From NCBI GenBank assembly GCA_024238995.1, contig JANBVL010000004.1, positions 1 through 53,257 on the forward strand: a DNA stretch of 53,257 nt, written 5' to 3'. This DNA comes from Patescibacteria group bacterium. GTDB taxonomy: Bacteria > Patescibacteriota > Minisyncoccia > Minisyncoccales > JANBVM01. The notes below the pieces were generated by a model. That model did no database searches, was not told the origin of the DNA, and saw nothing but the letters and a program-made list of their open reading frames with translations. Positions 53,001 through 53,257 of this stretch are shown in pieces; the stretch's first letter is position 1, and every line of letters begins with the position of its first letter. The translations under genes and the position numbers were made by a program.

Positions 53001-53257
53001 GAACCTTGATCGACTTAACAGGAACTGTTTTCAGTGTTAATGAAGGAACATTAACAGATACCAAGGCTTGTATCTATTCTTCTGGAACTGGATTGGTCTG
53101 TGATTCTACATTCCTAACTTCATATACAGAAACTGATCCTATCTGGACAGCTTCTTCAACAGACTGGTTTAAGCTATCTAACTGGTATTCAACCACTACA
53201 GATGGTTTAGATGAAGGAAGCAGTAATAAATACTATTCAACACAATTGTTTGCTGCT
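50078..53257 (+). CDS. Partial (3'-open) giant protein: 2x excisionase/MerR-type HTH modules, one TM helix, tail-fibre-like repeat ectodomain
   Basis: It is absent from the ORF track because no stop is reached. I translated every line in frame from 50078 to 53257 (1060 codons) and found no stop. TAA at 50075-50077 closes the frame upstream. Strong amino-acid repeats and a coding-like composition support it. Confidence 0.85.
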   Translation, partial: MNKKENQKQFITLQQATKYCDYSQEYLSLRARQGKLKALKIKRNWVTKKNWLDEYLGNPNNYISLKEAISYCDYSKDYLSLRARQGKLKAVKFGKNWMTKKTWLDIYLRKNQKQIKQEVVKNKAVRILPAPDNLPTEESQPNVEVVKRLPIFRILHTGVISLLIIGLLVSGSLVGKSLFSKTLMPYLAKTHNVVGGFLDDSILPIVEKSPILKSVLFSIAGVGEGVGDIFRAYFSWLGNSLKSISQKITRTYFVFHSSFDESTKQGFDVIKNFFSYFPKTLKNFFSFERLLTEKIFVETEERLTEKLIQAFQQSFDKLVQEGIPSKQVITEIQPIKEITREVRIIDSASLVQLRADMEYVQAELANRLYAPGGVITQQIYVTQPIQSPKIYQENGDIVLQTIGSGNIILSAATGLQLHGSQVVIDSTSILNPLIYLADETRIDGPLTAQRITLNAPESYTGNILDVSSVFTVNNTGATLVGDFTVTGNLSIGGLSLNGPLVITASSTSSLLTITQQGSGYGAIITGGYVGIATTTPNYPLHVWGSAGFGTSTTLALYVDSGNGRVGIATTTPSQALHVVGNILGSGNAVFEGILDVQGYTTSTFAGPVKITTTTQPQLVIGYSSTTYSTFSVDSNGSTALVSTGPLNLTGSGSSVWQTTDYGSLTIQSASSTEIISGDTLTASSTNEIILVVDGQERVKINSSGYVGIATTTPNYELHVWGSAGFGTSTIPTLYVDSGNGRIGVGTTTPRANLEVAGSALFTDATTTNFSISGIVGSIQCLQIDNTGNVSGAGVACGGGGGGSGLWASSSDSLRIYPSVLSRVVVVGANVTSSDLAIFEVDGGAFFDDATTTNFEVTGNVFLPNNSITDLMLVDTITASNYLSLTDWYSTTTDGLDEGSSNKYYSTQLFAADLAATTTNALAEGGSNLYFTDERTDDRVNALLVAGTDVDLVYDDTGNSLTIYATNTDTTYSAGGTLIDLTGTVFSVNEGTLTDTKACIYSSGTGLVCDSTFLTSYTETDPIWTASSTDWFKLSNWYSTTTDGLDEGSSNKYYSTQLFAA
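50105..50401 (+). repeat. Tandem in-frame duplication encoding two HTH modules (52-aa period)
   Basis: aa 10-56 and aa 62-108 are about two-thirds identical by my count. They share an exact 32-nt core agtttaagagcaagacaaggaaaattaaaagc at 50159-50190 and 50315-50346. Confidence 0.85.
51656..51820 (+). repeat. Fibre repeat unit copy 1 (GYVGIATTTPNYPLHVWGSAGFGTST..LYVDSGNGRVGIATTTP)
   Basis: It is highly similar at the DNA and protein level to 52187-52351, with a 177-aa period. Confidence 0.8.
52187..52351 (+). repeat. Fibre repeat unit copy 2 (GYVGIATTTPNYELHVWGSAGFGTST..LYVDSGNGRIGVGTTTP)
   Basis: See copy 1. Confidence 0.8.
52734..52810 (+). repeat. Exact 77-bp direct repeat, copy 1
   Basis: actggtattcaaccactacagatggtttagatgaaggaagcagtaataaatactattcaacacaattgtttgctgct is identical to 53181-53257. 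Confidence 0.9.
53181..53257 (+). repeat. Exact 77-bp direct repeat, copy 2 (runs into the window edge)
   Basis: Identical to 52734-52810. The identity may continue beyond the window. Confidence 0.9.

Noticed and set aside
52734-53257. Possibility that the 77-bp repeat pair is a diversity-generating retroelement TR/VR pair.
   Set aside because: The copies are 100% identical, including all adenines. Both are in frame inside the same ORF, and no reverse transcriptase gene is in the window. The downstream sequence is unseen, so a DGR elsewhere cannot be excluded.
50078-53257. Prophage interpretation of the tail-fibre-like ORF.
   Set aside because: No other phage genes (terminase, portal, capsid, integrase) lie in the visible flank. 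The N-terminal HTH-TM architecture is not that of a virion fibre. The region beyond the window is unknown.
1-53257. Alternative genetic code (UGA recoding, as in some CPR lineages).
   Set aside because: All conserved genes read through at full length in the standard code. TGA is used as a genuine stop (for example at 17233-17235, 32764-32766 and 7605-7607).

Overview
This is a visibly AT-rich, gene-dense bacterial chromosome segment read in the standard genetic code. Its content suggests a Candidate Phyla Radiation / Patescibacteria (Parcubacteria-like) genome, but that taxonomy is inference only. The supporting traits are shortened housekeeping proteins (496-aa IF-2, 703-aa ValRS), a type IV pilus locus without a secretin, small VirB2/TrbC-like pilins, several free-standing homing-endonuclease genes and few Shine-Dalgarno motifs. 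All product calls come from motif recognition by eye, with no database search. I call 53 CDS, 16 tRNA genes (folded by hand, none in the ORF track) and several hairpin terminators and repeats. I found no rRNA, CRISPR array or transposase.

Layout:
- 1-30 kb: housekeeping genes (htrA, rbfA-infB, rplS, S1, ftsH, gyrA, tsaD, valS, recG) interleaved with tRNA genes. Five homing-endonuclease-like genes each sit next to a tRNA.
- 30.6-46.5 kb: a type IV pilus super-locus (pilMNO, pilB, REC, pilT, pilC, two pilins, pilD). It is interrupted by a repeat-flanked hicBA cassette. It is then followed by a 1185-aa secreted repeat/PKD/Cys-rich protein and four minor pilins.
- 46.6-49.8 kb: ligA and an FtsW/RodA-family gene.
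- 50078 to the window end: an open-ended ORF of more than 1060 codons that is missing from the supplied ORF track.

Most interesting candidates:
1. The unlisted terminal ORF. It has two tandem excisionase-type HTH modules, one TM helix and a tail-fibre-like repeat ectodomain.
2. The 1185-aa GW-repeat protein heading the minor-pilin operon, a candidate novel pilus-tip adhesin.
3. The endonuclease-tRNA association. In one case the endonuclease stop codon lies inside a tRNA anticodon loop.
4. A GCTTAGC-centred hairpin repeat family bracketing the hicBA cassette.
5. Unusual tRNA anticodons, Ile-UAU and Arg-GCG.
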